64,000 nucleotides of DNA from Octopus sinensis (GCF_006345805.1 NC_043000.1:11966001-12030000), one strand, 5' to 3'. Numbered from the stretch's first letter, positions 38,830 through 51,298 are shown. The notes: generated by a model from the letters alone, not told the origin. Program-made: numbers and translations.

Positions 38830-39083
38830 ATTTTTATGCGCCCTTTTAAAGCTTAGCCAGGCTCATGGGTCCGGTTTCCCGGTTTCTATGGCGTATATTC
38901 TCCCCAGCTGGACGGGACGCCAGTCCATCGCAGCGTTACTCATTTTTGGCAGTTGAGTGAACTGGAGCAACGTGAAATGAAGTGTTTTGCTCAAGAACAC
39001 AACGCGTCGCCCGGTCCAGGAATCGAAACCAAAATCTTCCGATCATGATGCTGACACCCTAACCACTATGCCACGCGCCTCCA
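38830..39083 (-). mobile_element. tRNA-derived SINE with V-domain-like segment
   Basis: Minus-strand head gtggcatagtggttagggtgtc..ggtttcgattcc; body gcgatggactggcgtcccgtccag. Confidence 0.8.
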
Positions 39084-39108
39084 CTTTTTTATTTTATACT
39101 TTATTTTA

Positions 39109-39144
39109 TTTTTTGATGAAGGACTATTATCCGAAACATCAAAA
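39109..39144 (+). ncRNA. Degenerate minimal hammerhead motif
   Basis: tttt-TTGATGA-a-gga-ctatta-tcc-GAAA-ca-TC-aaaa; two substitutions from a canonical motif. Confidence 0.45.
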
Positions 39145-39694
39145 CTCTTTTCCTTTCTTTTAAACGTTATACTAATACCACATTTGTTAAATCTTTTCTG
39201 TCTCGTATTTTCTTGCTTTTTGGCTCATTTCTTAACAACATATACTACTTATAAACCTACAACTTCTAAAAGCTCATGAGAATGAGACAGTCCACTTTGT
39301 ATATATTACACATTCACAGCAGCAAGTGAAAGCATAATTTTTCATTAAGTCAGTCTTAATACGAGCCGTGTACTTCGCTGAACGAATACACAATGCAGCA
39401 GTAAACCCATTTCTGTCAGTTCCCATAAAAATAGCCCCTTCGCTCCTTTTTCGTGCCGCTCTAAAAGGAACCGTAATTCACAAACACCCGATATAACGCA
39501 TGTTCTGCATTATGAATTACTTAATGAATACTGTGACGTGAGCTGGTAATTAATTACTATTTAAGTAATTGTTTCATTGCTGTTTCATTGGATTTTTGTT
39601 TTATCTTACTTTGGGCTGTATAATAACTTTATATATCGCTCTCAGCGATACACCGGTCTATATTATACTACAGGTGGCAGAATGGAGAAAATTC

Positions 39695-40185
39695 ATACAT
39701 ACATACATACATACATACATACATACATACATAGATACATACATGCATGCATACATACATGCATACATACATACATACATACATACATACATACATACAT
39801 ACATGCATGCATACATACATACATACATACATGCATACATACATACATACATACATACATACATGCATACATACATACATACATACATGCATACATGCAT
39901 ACATGCATACATACATGCATACATGCATACATGCATACATACATACATACATACATACATAGATACATACATACATAGACACACATACACACACATATTC
40001 ATACATACATACATACATACATACATACATGCATGCATACATACATACATACATACATACATGCATGCATACATACATACATACATACATACATACATGC
40101 ATGCATACATACATACATACATACATACATACATACATACATGCATGCATACATACATACATACATACGTACGTACGTACATACA

Positions 40186-40216
<31 letters not shown>

Positions 40217-40244
40217 GCACACATGCACACCCATATACAAACAA

Positions 40245-40310
<66 letters not shown>

Positions 40311-40430
40311 GTATACTGTTTTTATTGTGAGCGCAGTTATTTTGTACACACGCACACGTACACACGCGCACGCACACATGCACGCACACACGCACGCACG
40401 CACACACACACATATACACACAAACACATA
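39695..40430. repeat. (CATA/CATG)n, (TCTA)n and (CA)n microsatellites
   Basis: Direct reading. Confidence 0.95.
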
Positions 40431-40520
40431 TATAAATTTCCACATTTTCAAAGTCCTCTCGAATTTTTGGCCTAACGGGTAGCAATTGTTATGTTTTGTT
40501 TTGCCGGGTGTAATAAAAAC

Positions 40521-40556
<36 letters not shown>

Positions 40557-40572
40557 TAACTGGCAAAAACTA

Positions 40573-40954
40573 GGAGCACTCCGTCGGTTGCGACGATGAG
40601 GGTCCCAGCTGATACGATCAACGGAACAGCTTGCTCGTGATATTAACGTGCAAGTGGCTGAGCACTCCGCAGACACGTGCACCCTTAACGTAGTTCTCGG
40701 GGAGATTCAGCGTGACACACATGATGTGACAAGGCTGGCCCTTTGAAATACTGGTACACGAGAAACAGGAAGAAAGAGTGAGAGAAAGTTGTGGTGAAAG
40801 AGTACAGCAGGGTTCACCACCACCCCCTGCCGGAGCCTCGTGGAGCTTTAGGTGTTTTCGCTCAATAAACACTCACAATGCCCGGTCTGGGAATCGAAAC
40901 CGCGATCCTCCGACCGCGAGTCCGCTGCCCTAACCACTGGGCCATTGCGCCTCC
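40573..40954 (-). mobile_element. SINE family C, full length, 17-bp TSD
   Basis: TSD ataactggcaaaaacta at 40556-40572 and 40955-40971; tRNA-like head. Confidence 0.95.
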
Positions 40955-41089
40955 ATAACTGGCAAAAACTATCGGTCGAAGTACGATTTAAATGATTTGG
41001 GAGTACGTGAAAAAGTACGCGGATAAGTGTATAGAAACGAAAACAATCCATAGAAGAACCAATAATTTAGAAATTTAAATGGATTTTTG

Positions 41090-41356
41090 GGTACTACTTA
41101 AGAAGAGTGGTCCCAGTGCGCGCACTCGCGTGGTCGCGCATCCGCGCTAGCTAGCCGTGACTAGTCGATCCTTACTTTGTGTTTTTGTATTTTATTTACT
41201 TTTTTAAGAAAAATTATTTACTTTGTGGAAAAAAAATTTTTGTGTTTTATTTACTTTGCTAGGTAGTTATTGTAGGATCGACTAGTCACGACTAGCTAGT
41301 GCGGATGCGCGATTACGCGAGTGCGCGCACCGGGACCACTCTTCTTAAGTTGTACC
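41090..41356. mobile_element. MITE with ~85-bp CpG-rich terminal inverted repeats
   Basis: ggtactacttaagaagagtggtccc..gactagtcgatcct pairs with aggatcgactagtc..gggaccactcttcttaagttgtacc; AT-rich spacer. Confidence 0.9.
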
Positions 41357-41620
41357 AATTTTTGTAAAAGCCACGTCCCTTACATTCATCATGATTGATG
41401 AAAAGCCATCCAGACGTTGTGTCAAGAATAAAGACTCGGGCTTGGTTGTATGGTTAAGACGCTCGCTTTCCGACCACATGATTTCAAGTTCAGTCCCACT
41501 TCGCGGCAATTTGGATGTCTTCCATTATAGCTCTTATCTTGCGAGTGAAATTTGCTTGTTCTTCCACCACTTGGCAACCGGTGTTGGTTTGTTAGCGTCC
41601 ACATAACTTAGTAATTAGAT

Positions 41621-41835
41621 CAGAGGTCGGTGAACCGGGGTAAATTACCCCAAGTGGAGGTAAAAATGAAATTCTTGGAGGTAATGAGGACTCATTAGAC
41701 GTGAGTAAAATTATATAAAAAAAAAAACGTGTTCCCTGTTATCTATGATTTTCTTCCATTCGAATCAAGCAGGTAACGTCAGCGTAAATAAATATATTTA
41801 GGAGTAATTGGTTAAAAAAAGCACCCCGATCCCTG
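41621..41835. mobile_element. Probable hAT MITE inserted in a decayed SINE A
   Basis: Ends cagaggtcgg / ccgatccctg; imperfect 8-bp flanks aattagat/ggttagac; SINE A parts on both sides. Confidence 0.5.
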
Positions 41836-41944
41836 GGTTAGACAAAAAATTACTACGCTTTAAAATGCGTACTGGGGTCGATTTGTTCAACTAAAACCCT
41901 TCAAGGTGGTGCTCCAGCATATCAAATAATAATAATAACGATTT

Positions 41945-42111
41945 CGTTACGTTCTGAGTTCAAATTCCACCGAGGTCGACTTTGCCTTTCATCCTTTCGG
42001 GGTCGACAGATAAAGTACCAGTTTCGCAGTGGGGTCGATATAATCGACTTAATCCGTTTGTCTGTCCTTGTTTTTCCCCTCTATGTTTAGCCCCTTGTGG
42101 GCAGTAAAGAA

Positions 42112-42115
<4 letters not shown>
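41945..42115 (+). mobile_element. SINE family B body
   Basis: Core and tail match the family. Confidence 0.88.
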
Positions 42116-42183
<68 letters not shown>

Positions 42184-42197
42184 AATAATAATATAAT

Positions 42198-42500
42198 AAT
42201 TGGAAGTGTTATCATGTACATTGTTTTGTCTTGGTATAAAAGATGGGCTACAGCAAATATTCTGCTCAATACCACAGATTTGCTTGTCAGTTGTTTGACC
42301 TTAACCAGTTGAGCATGTCCCTTAGTGGCTGACGATATGTGCATCTCTGATAACGAGCAGAAGTAGTGAGGGAGCATCATAGCCATGTGTTGAGAGGGAT
42401 TCTTTGGGGTTTCAATAATTCACCTCTGGAAACATGGGTGGTTCTTTCAACATCCTTAAACAACCCTTATTGAGGGACCTTTTGAGCGAGATGGGCTAAT
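42198..42500. mobile_element. Second copy of the (TAA)n-associated repeat
   Basis: Matches 3010-3306. Confidence 0.8.
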
Positions 42501-42839
42501 GATAATAAGGATTAGTGATAGAGAGGAATAACTACACACAACATTAGTTTAGTTGAAAAGGACTTGAAAGTAAAAATCTTGAAGAATGTCCCCACTCTGA
42601 CTTCAAGTTTATTCCAAGGCAACTTTCCCTTTCGTCCTCGGGGAATTGGTAAAACTGCAATAATTTTGAACTGTATGCTTTGCAGTATTTGCTCCGCCTC
42701 TGAGGTCAAATTCCGCCATAGGTGGTAGACTTTGTTCGTCTTCCAGTTTAACACACCGCCACCCGGGGTATCTTCGGTGTCATTAAGTTAAGTTCGCTAT
42801 CTTGCAAGCATTCGGGCCAGATACCCAGTTCGAGGATAT

Positions 42840-43410
42840 CTTCCTCCATCCCTTCCTCCCTCTTTCCTTTCCCCCTTCCTTTCTCTCCCCTCCCTCCATC
42901 CATCCACCCATTTACTTCCCTCTCTTTCCTCCTTGCCTCTCTTTCCTTCTTCCCTCTCTTTCCTCCTTCCCTTTCTTTCTTCCTTCCCTCTCTTTCCTCC
43001 TTGCCTCTCTTTCCTCCTTGCCTCTCTTTCCTTCTTCCCTCTCTTTCCCCCTTCCTTTTCTTTCTTCCTTCCCTCTCTTTCCTCCTTGCCTCTCTTTCCT
43101 TCTTCCCTCTCTTTCCTCCTTCCCTTTCTTTCTTCCTTCCTTCCCTCTCTTTCCTCCTTCCCTCGCTTTTCTCCTTCCCTCTCTTTCCTTCTTCCCTCTC
43201 TTTCCTCCTTCCCTTTCTTTCTTCCTTCCTTCCCTCTCTTTCCTCCTTCCCTCGCTTTTCTCCTTTCCTCTCTTTCCTCCTTCCCTCCTCCCTCCATCCC
43301 CTCCCACATTCCCTCCCGCCCTGCCACCTTCCCACCTTCCCTCCTGCCTTGCCCTCGCTTTCCCCCACTCTCTCCCTCTCCATCCTTCCCCTCCCCCTTT
43401 TCTTCCTCCA
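42840..43410. repeat. Polypyrimidine (C/T) minisatellite
   Basis: ~570 bp almost purely C/T on +, built from ccttccctctctttcct-like units. Confidence 0.95.
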
Positions 43411-43888
43411 TCAGTCTCTCAGACACCCTATAACGTGTCATGGCCACTGCTTTCCCGGATTAAAAAAGTAGTTCATCAATTCAGATTTTTGAAGTCGATT
43501 TGCCTTGAAACAAAATAAACTACCAAATTTGATGGCACTTGAGACACACTTTGTTTTTTAAAAAAGTATCTCAAAAACATCACACTGGATCCTATATTCG
43601 AAGTTAGGCTTCCCATAAGTTTTAATACGCTTAAAACTTTTTTCTTGAATATGCGCCGCTGAAATTGGATTGCGTCTAATATGTCCGTGCCTCTTTTATG
43701 CCCTCAAATACGTTACTTCCCATTTAAACATAATGCATTTAAATTTTCTATCTGGTTTATGTTCAAACCGGCCAGATCCGGCCTCTCACGCCTACCTTAC
43801 AATGTCACTCTAAATATAAACAATCACATCGTCGAAATGTTGAAGCTATAAGATAATGCATGATTAATCCCAAAACAATGTTAATAAA

Positions 43889-44248
43889 AACAATTGCAGC
43901 GTGGAAGGTGTTTATAAGCCATTTAAGAAACACACAAAATCCGTTAGATTCACTTCAACATTTAAATTTAATTTGTCAAAATATTTTCGTCGCTTTGAGA
44001 CTGCGACCTGTTCACTGACAAAATTCCGTGCAGCACGGAATTTAGCCAGCACGGAATTTTGTCAGTGAACAGGTCGCAGTCACAAAGCGACGAAAATATT
44101 TTGACAAATTAAATTTAAATGTTGAAGTGAATCTAGCGGATTTTGTGTGTTTCTTAAATGGCTTATAAACACCTTCCACCCTACAATTGTTTTCGTTCCA
44201 GCACACGATCGCAGATCAGGTCACTTGCTATGCAAGTACATCTCCGTA
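43889..44248. mobile_element. Fold-back element with ~143-bp arms and 12-bp TSD, nested in a piggyBac-like MITE
   Basis: 43889-44031 pairs with ~44049-44192; TSD aatgttaataaa at 43877-43888 and 44249-44260; host similar to 25983-26210. Confidence 0.88.
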
Positions 44249-44479
44249 AATGTTAATAAATAAGCATTACATTTGACAGAGTAATCTGAATGCTAAACTA
44301 CAACCTCTCCTTACTACAACGATACTGTGTTCTCAGCCATGATCCATTATGTGAGCGCTAAACATAAACCCCAGAAGATCTCCCAGAACTAGGACCGGAA
44401 TAGTCACGTAGTTTGATCCAACATGTAATATGACATTATTAGTATGACTAATGTAATTAGGGAATTTTTAAACTTCGCG

Positions 44480-44830
44480 TGAAGTCATTTTCCCAATGAC
44501 TAATCAATCCAACCTGTGAAAGCAGAATACTACCAGAAAGTTTTGTTTCCCACCTTGTAATTTACTCAAAGCAACTTTGCATGCAAAATATTTGCAGCCG
44601 CCATTTTATTTTCCTCCGGTATCTTAAATATGGTTTCTCAATGCCATGCAGTTTGCTGTTAATTCTTCCCAATTCCCAATTTCGATGTCAATTCCTCTTA
44701 GGCCAATCTCAGACCATCTTTATGTCTCTTCTTCGTTTTGTGCTGAGATCTGTTATGTTCCACAGAAGCTTGTCTCTCCACAAGAAGCTTGTTTCAGGAA
44801 TCGGCAATTGTTTAGGCAATGACATAACTA
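44480..44830 (-). pseudogene. Decayed RTE ORF C-terminus
   Basis: Minus-strand peptides SQHKTKKRHKDGLRL, DIEIGNWEELTAN and SQVGLISH. Confidence 0.5.
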
Positions 44831-44999
44831 GAGTGTGTGCAATCGGGACTTCTTCTGTTTGCCACCATCTCTTTTCCCACCGTCCCTTTTACAGGGTTAT
44901 AAAGCAGACCCAAAAAGGTTACCCCATAAAAGAGCCGCCCGTGGAAGACTGACCCCACATGGCATCCCGCCTCAGAGCTGCGCTGCTGCATTTAACTGA

Positions 45000-45285
45000 A
45001 ATATCTGACTAATCCACATCAGCACACGAGAGTCAATAACATCATAAGAACCATCAAGGAAGGGCTGACCACATTGCACAACTGAAGGCCAACAGATGGA
45101 CAATCAGAGTGACGGAATAGACACCAAGCTAATGGACAAGATCAAAAGGCCAACTAAGGACAAGACGGTGAGATGATCTCACCGGTTATCTGGGGCCTAC
45201 ATGAGCACGACTAGCCAACGACAGAGAGCGATGGAAGGAGTCCAGGGAGAGGTTCCTCCTGCACGAGTGATGAAACCCTAGATAT
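45000..45285 (+). pseudogene. Decayed RTE ORF C-terminus and tail
   Basis: ADHIAQLKANRWTIRVTE*TP..TRSKGQLRTRR*DDL..ARLANDRERWK. Confidence 0.75.
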
Positions 45286-45356
45286 TATTATTATTTTCTT
45301 TTGTGTTGTGTTGTCCCTTTTTGTTTTGTGTTCGGCCCTTGTGGCCAATAAGGAAA

Positions 45357-45406
<50 letters not shown>

Positions 45407-45454
45407 GTTGTTGTTGTTGTTATTATTATTAACATTAGTATCATTATTATTATT

Positions 45455-45705
45455 GACTTGATTCGGGTTCAGTCTCATTCCGGGCAGGATTTATGTGGGT
45501 AGCGGGTTACTACCTGTAACCTTAGGTATCCATTAGCTTTCAATAGTCTTTCAAGTGTCTAGAACCTTCCTGATAACTTTTCCTGTCCTTAAGAGGCAAA
45601 ATTACTGTAGAAGCTCTACAGGACTTTCTATTCCAATTTCCAACCATTTGTCCGTATCTTTGCTTAAAGTTCCCAAAGCACCAATTATTGTAGGCATAAT
45701 CTTCA
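45455..45705 (-). pseudogene. R4/Dong-clade LINE 3' end next to (TAA)n
   Basis: KIMPTIIGALGTLSK..ELLQ*FCLLRTGKVIRKVLDT*, a short 3' UTR, then (TAA)n. Confidence 0.8.
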
Positions 45706-46411
45706 TTATTATTATCACCCGTCCAAACCAGCTCAAAATTTACTTTTCATGAGATGAGTCTTAATGCTTGAACTTTTGGCTCCAGATCAACTTTGATCAA
45801 GCAGACCTGTGATCAAAAGGCACTCCAGCCATAACCACCCTGTTTTAATTTTGTTTTTCAGATACAATATAACTAGGATCAGATCAAAAATCACATTACC
45901 TGATGTTATCTTGGTTTTTCTTTTAAAATTGTAAGATATGATTTGAAGGGGATTTGGCTGCAGTTTCTAACAGCTTGAACAACATTGCAGAAGCCCTTTC
46001 ATTGTGTATATATGTGATCATATGACTGTTATGGATCAGCTAGTATGGGTGTGTTGTGTTTATTGTGTGTGTTGTGTTTTATTGCGTGTGAGTGTGTGTG
46101 TATATGTGTCTGTGTGTATGTATGTATGCGCGGGCACGCGTGTGAATCGTGTGTCTTTGTGAATGAATGAATGTCTAAATTGTGTGATTGTGTGAGTGCG
46201 TGTAATAATGAGTGTGCATGGCTGTGTTCATGTATATGTTATATGTATGCGTGTGATGAAATATGCATGAGTGTGTGTGTATGTGTGTTTGGGGTGTGTG
46301 TGTAGTGTTTTATCAGCTCTCTCTTTCTCTCTTACCCTCTATTTGTCTGTCTATCTACCACCCCCTAATTGCATCGACCTGTATGTCTTCATTGATCTCT
46401 CAGCCAGACTG

Positions 46412-46442
<31 letters not shown>

Positions 46443-46554
46443 GTATCTCTCTCTGTCTCTCACACGCACATACACAAATACACTCTCATATAGACATAAA
46501 CACACACATGCTCTCTCTTTCTCTCTTTCTCTCTCTCACTCTCTCTCTCTCTCA

Positions 46555-46619
<65 letters not shown>

Positions 46620-47099
46620 ACGCACGTATATGCACAAAATGGCGCAGTTGATTAACAAATCATCGTTGAATTAATCCTTTGACTATGCCACTTCAATTAA
46701 CTGTCTCTCCGCCCGCAGCCACCACCTCGGGTGGTATAAGGCATCTGCCTATAAATAGAACCATTCTATCTACATCAACTACAGCACAGGAACGCCACCT
46801 GTAGTTTGAATGTTGCTCATCTTGGAAAGAAAAATCATGAAAAATAAAAGATGGTGACTGCTGGTTAACAATCTTCTGTTAAATTCTCGTTTCCGGTGAT
46901 TGCACGGTTGCGCAGTTGCGGAGAAGAAGTAGCTTCTAATGTAATGAAACGGAAGTAGTACTTTGGCGGTGGTGGTGGTGTCAGAAAAATTGCTGATAAT
47001 GTGTGTGGTTTTGGTGAGTGTCATGGCTGGGTTGTCACACGGTAGAACCAAATGAGGGAAATCAAGGAAGTTGAAAGCATTTGCTTCTTTTTTATCTTG

Positions 47100-47450
47100 A
47101 GGCGTGGCTGTGTGAGTAAGAACCTCGCTTTCCAATCATGTGTTTTCTGGTTCAGTCCCACCGCGCGGTACTATATGTGAGTGTCTTCTACTAAAGCCCC
47201 GGGTCAACCTTGTGAGTGAATTTGGTCGATGGATACTGTGAAGAAGCACATCGTATATGTGGGTGTATTTGCATGTGTGTGTGTGTGAGTGAATGTGTGT
47301 GTGTGCATTTGTGTGTGTGTATGTATGTGTGTCCTTATGTCTGTGTTTGTCATCCCCTGCACTGCACGATAACCTGTGTTCGTATGTTTACACCCCTGTA
47401 ACTTAGCGAATCGACAATCAAGACCCATAGAATGAGTGCCAGACTTTAAA
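47100..47450 (+). mobile_element. SINE family A (diverged)
   Basis: Head, internal (TG)n and partial tail. Confidence 0.75.
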
Positions 47451-47455
47451 ACCTT

Positions 47456-47539
47456 ACGAGGGGGTGCTGAAAAGTTCCTGGCTTTCGGTAAAAGAAAATA
47501 CTGGAAGATCAGTAAACTTTGATTTTATTCAACATATTC
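47456..47539. mobile_element. Mariner MITE end
   Basis: tacgagggggtgctgaaaagttcctggcttt; reverse complement of 8570-8640. Confidence 0.75.
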
Positions 47540-47542
47540 TGC

Positions 47543-47676
47543 AGTTTGGAGTAGCTTGGCTTTGCTAGATGTCGCTGAAATTCTATAAGTTTTCAACAGC
47601 GGTTTAGCAGCGACATCTAGCGAGGCCAAGCTACCCCAGACTAATGAAGAGCAATTACCCTGAAACTACTCCCTGG
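47543..47676 (+). other. 35-bp hairpin followed by a degenerate hammerhead-like motif
   Basis: 47543-47577 pairs with 47608-47642; then ccaga-CTAATGA-agagcaattaccct-GAAA-ctac-TC-cctgg. Confidence 0.5.
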
Positions 47677-47838
47677 ATGCTGGCTTTGTTGGTTGGAGGT
47701 GCTTATCTCCCTTGTTTGAAAACTTAAGGACACAGAGCGCTTGTGTCACATAGCCAACTAGAAGCGGTGATTCTTGGGGCTAAAAGTAGCATGTTCCCCT
47801 TTCTGGGGACTGCTACATTAAGTTGGCAACAAACCATC

Positions 47839-47884
<46 letters not shown>

Positions 47885-47886
<2 letters not shown>

Positions 47887-48590
47887 TGTCATTGTTCGGT
47901 TTTATTTCAAGATTTCTTGCCAATAGAGAAACTTCAAGACTCCTTCAATATGTATTCCGCTTGGATATGTATTGTCATGCATATACTTGCATATTTAGAC
48001 ATGCTCATATATATTTAAATGATAAACTTCTGGAAAGTTTTACAGATTTTTACAGTTCCAGTGATGGACTGGATCTGTAGTCTTCGAATTAGATTTCTCC
48101 TTTCTGGTTTTGAGAAGCCTAATTTCTCATGTTTGGTATTTAAGCGGTCTGCTACATATCCCAGGGTCCCAATAATTACAGGAATTACCAAATCTTATGA
48201 TGTTATCAGTCTCATGTATGCAAATTTGGTCAAGGGATGCACCTCGACACTTGGTGGCTAAAAGATGTTGCCGAAGGGATATGATACGACATTCAAAGGC
48301 ATTTTGGATCGATGTTAAGCCTCTGCCGCCTTGCTTTCGTTTTAGGTAGAGGTGGTCTGCGTCACTATTTATGTGGAAATTATGTGTGCACGTTAGTATT
48401 TTTCGGGTTTTCACATCAATGGTTCGGATCTCATCAAGCGTTCAATCAAGCAGCCCAGATGTTGGTATGAGTACTGGCACTGCGAACACATTGTGGGTCA
48501 GTTTTATTGAATGCAGAGACTTCTCAGGTCCAAATTTTCTTTATCCGGCTGTAATATTCTTTAATGACACGTGTTTTGATACAGGTATCA
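47885..48590 (-). pseudogene. Internally deleted R4/Dong-clade LINE
   Basis: [29 protein letters not shown] joined to IPVIIGTLGYV..TVKICKTFQKFII* and 3' UTR. Confidence 0.85.
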
Positions 48591-48757
48591 TTGTAAAATA
48601 TGTATGTATGTATGTACGTATGTATATAATATTTAGTGGAGAAGGGTCTGTACTAGCGGGCAGTTGTATTTCGGCATTTTGGACGTTAATTCACGGGTTC
48701 TATTTTAGGGAAATCTCAGGATTCAATGGTGTTTTATCTATTTATCATTTCCCTATC

Positions 48758-48759
<2 letters not shown>

Positions 48760-48829
<70 letters not shown>

Positions 48830-48846
48830 GTCTATCTATCTGTCTG

Positions 48847-48924
<78 letters not shown>

Positions 48925-49002
48925 CATCTATCTATCTATCTATCTGTCCGTCTGTCTGTCTGTCTATCTATCTATCTGTCTGTCTGTCTGTCTGTCTATC
49001 TG

Positions 49003-49052
<50 letters not shown>
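48760..49052. repeat. (TCTA/TCTG)n microsatellite
   Basis: Direct reading. Confidence 0.95.
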
Positions 49053-49053
<1 letters not shown>

Positions 49054-49197
49054 GTGTGGGCGTCAATAAAATGTATATTCTGCAAGAGAACAGACTTGGG
49101 AACAGACTTTACGAAGGATTACAAGGAAAGGCTTTTAGTGATATATAAAAAAAATGGGAATAACACATTTTCTAATCTTCTTCTTCTTTATATTTGC

Positions 49198-49262
<65 letters not shown>

Positions 49263-49484
49263 AAGCTACGAGAAAAACTGTTTCACATACAAGAATAAAA
49301 ACAATATCAACAGTTAAACAATTTCTGTAACAACAACAAAGTAAATATATCATTAGCTTCATTTCAAAAGAGTCATCCTACAAAATGCATATGGAAAATT
49401 GTAAAAAAAAAAAAAGATACTGTTTATATTGCAATATATGTATGTTTTTCTTAGGGAATTATGTAATTTTTTTTCCTTTTGCAG

Positions 49485-49556
49485 AATTCAAGCCCACTGC
49501 TAAGTGACGAAGAGCTTTTTCGTTTAAGCCAAGAGAGCTCTTGGAGTTTGCTGTGA
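49485..49556 (+). CDS. Candidate terminal coding exon (NSSPLLSDEELFRLSQESSWSLL*)
   Basis: Strong acceptor ttttttttccttttgcag, then an open frame in non-repetitive sequence; no partner exon identified. Confidence 0.2.
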   Translation, partial: NSSPLLSDEELFRLSQESSWSLL

Positions 49557-50100
49557 TATGAATTGGTGTAAATGTATGCGTGTTTGTTGATTGACATGCA
49601 CTCGTGTAGAGGGTGTGCATGTCACTTTAACACATAAGACACCGGCATCGCTTGATGGTGTGCCGCTCAGAGGAGTTCTAGAATTTACCGCCCTCCGTCG
49701 GGGTACTGAACCTATACAGGAGTTGGTGGTCTTGTTATCTCTATTCTAGCTTTTGGTGGAGTAGAAGAGGTTAGAAAGGGTCAAGTGGTGAAGACATTGT
49801 TTCGGCCCAGCTAAAGGCATCTGGAAGATGTAAAACTGCTGTCAGAGAAAAACCATTGTTCCTTCGTGGGAAAAAGTTCTGTAGCAGTGTTAATTCAAAT
49901 TTGGCTATGGTGGATCGAATCCACTTCATGCATGCAAGATTCACTACATAGGCTTATTATATATAGCAGACCCAAAAGAGCCGGCTCCCCAATTAAAGCA
50001 TTGCTCGGAACGGGACCAACCTTTCTCACTCCCACCTTACTATGCTAATGATACGAGCGTGTGTTCCATTAATGTTTGTTTGTAGGTGTATATCCCACGC

Positions 50101-50483
50101 GAAGCGCAATGGCCCAGTGGTTAGGGCAGCGGACTCGCGGTCATAGGATCGCGGTTTCGATTCCCAGACCGGGCGTTGTGAGTGTTTATTGAGCGAAAAC
50201 ACCTAAAAGCTCCACGAGGCTCCGGCTGGGGATGGTGGTGATCCCTGCTGTACTCTTTCACCACAACTTTCTCTCACTCTTACTTCCTGTTTCTGTTGTA
50301 GCTGTATTTCAAAGGGCCGGCCTTGTGACTCTCTGTGTCACGCTGAATATCCCCGAGAACTACGTTAAGGGTACACGTGTCTGTGGAGTGCTCAGCCACT
50401 TACACGTTAATTTCACGAGCAGGCTGTTCCGTTGATTCGGATCAACCGGAACCCTCGTCGTCGTAACCGACGGAGTGCTTCCA
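50101..50483 (+). mobile_element. SINE family C, full length, 12-bp TSD
   Basis: TSD atatcccacgcg at 50090-50101 and 50484-50495; A-box tggcccagtgg, B-box ggtttcgattcc. Confidence 0.95.
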
Positions 50484-50711
50484 ATATCCCACGCGCACGT
50501 GTGTTTAGTCCAGGAACATCAAATGGAGAAACCCTGGAATTCTTTGCAAATCTTTCCCATCGCTCTGATCGATTATATTTGGTGGATGCAAATCAGTTTC
50601 TTGGAGAACCGAAGCGTTTCTAGTTTCTTATGCAAATCTCTTCTTACACAGCCCAGTGCAGCTATGAAGACAAGAACAAATGAAAATCTATAGTTTGGAT
50701 GGAAGAGCACT

Positions 50712-51264
50712 GTGTGTGTGTGTATGTATGTATGTATGTATGTATGTATGTATGTATGTATGTATGTATGTATGTATGTGTGTGTGCGTGTATGTATGTA
50801 TGTATGTATGTACGTACGTATGTATGTATGTGTGTGTATGTACGTATGTATGAATGTGTGTATGTATGAATGTATGTATGTATTTATGTATGTATGTATG
50901 TATGTATGTGTGTGTACGTATGTATTCATGCATGTATGTATGCATGCATGTATGTATGTATGTACGCATGTATGTATGTATGTACGTATGTACGTATTTA
51001 CGTATGTATGCATGTATGTATGTATGTATGTATGAACGTATGTACGTATGTATGTGTATGTATGTATGTACGTATGAACGTATGTACGTATGTATGTGTA
51101 TGTATGTATGTACGTACGTGCGTATGTATGTATGTGTGTGTATGTACGTATGTATGAATGTGTGTATGTATGAATGTATGTATGTATTTATGTATGTATG
51201 TGTGTATGTGTGTGTACGTATGTATGAATGTGTGTACGTACGAATGTATGTATATGAATGTATG

Positions 51265-51298
<34 letters not shown>

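Noticed and set aside
42748-43518. Long Arg/Glu/Lys/Gly-rich and Phe/Leu/Pro/Ser-rich ORFs
   Set aside because: Artefact of the purine/pyrimidine tract, open in nearly all frames
49503-49550. SECIS element
   Set aside because: The GA quartet is out of register with the helix, the apical AA is poorly placed, and no upstream Sec ORF is seen
50101-50175. Functional tRNA genes in SINE heads
   Set aside because: A/B boxes are present but the acceptor stem is incomplete and the sequence continues into a SINE body with TSDs
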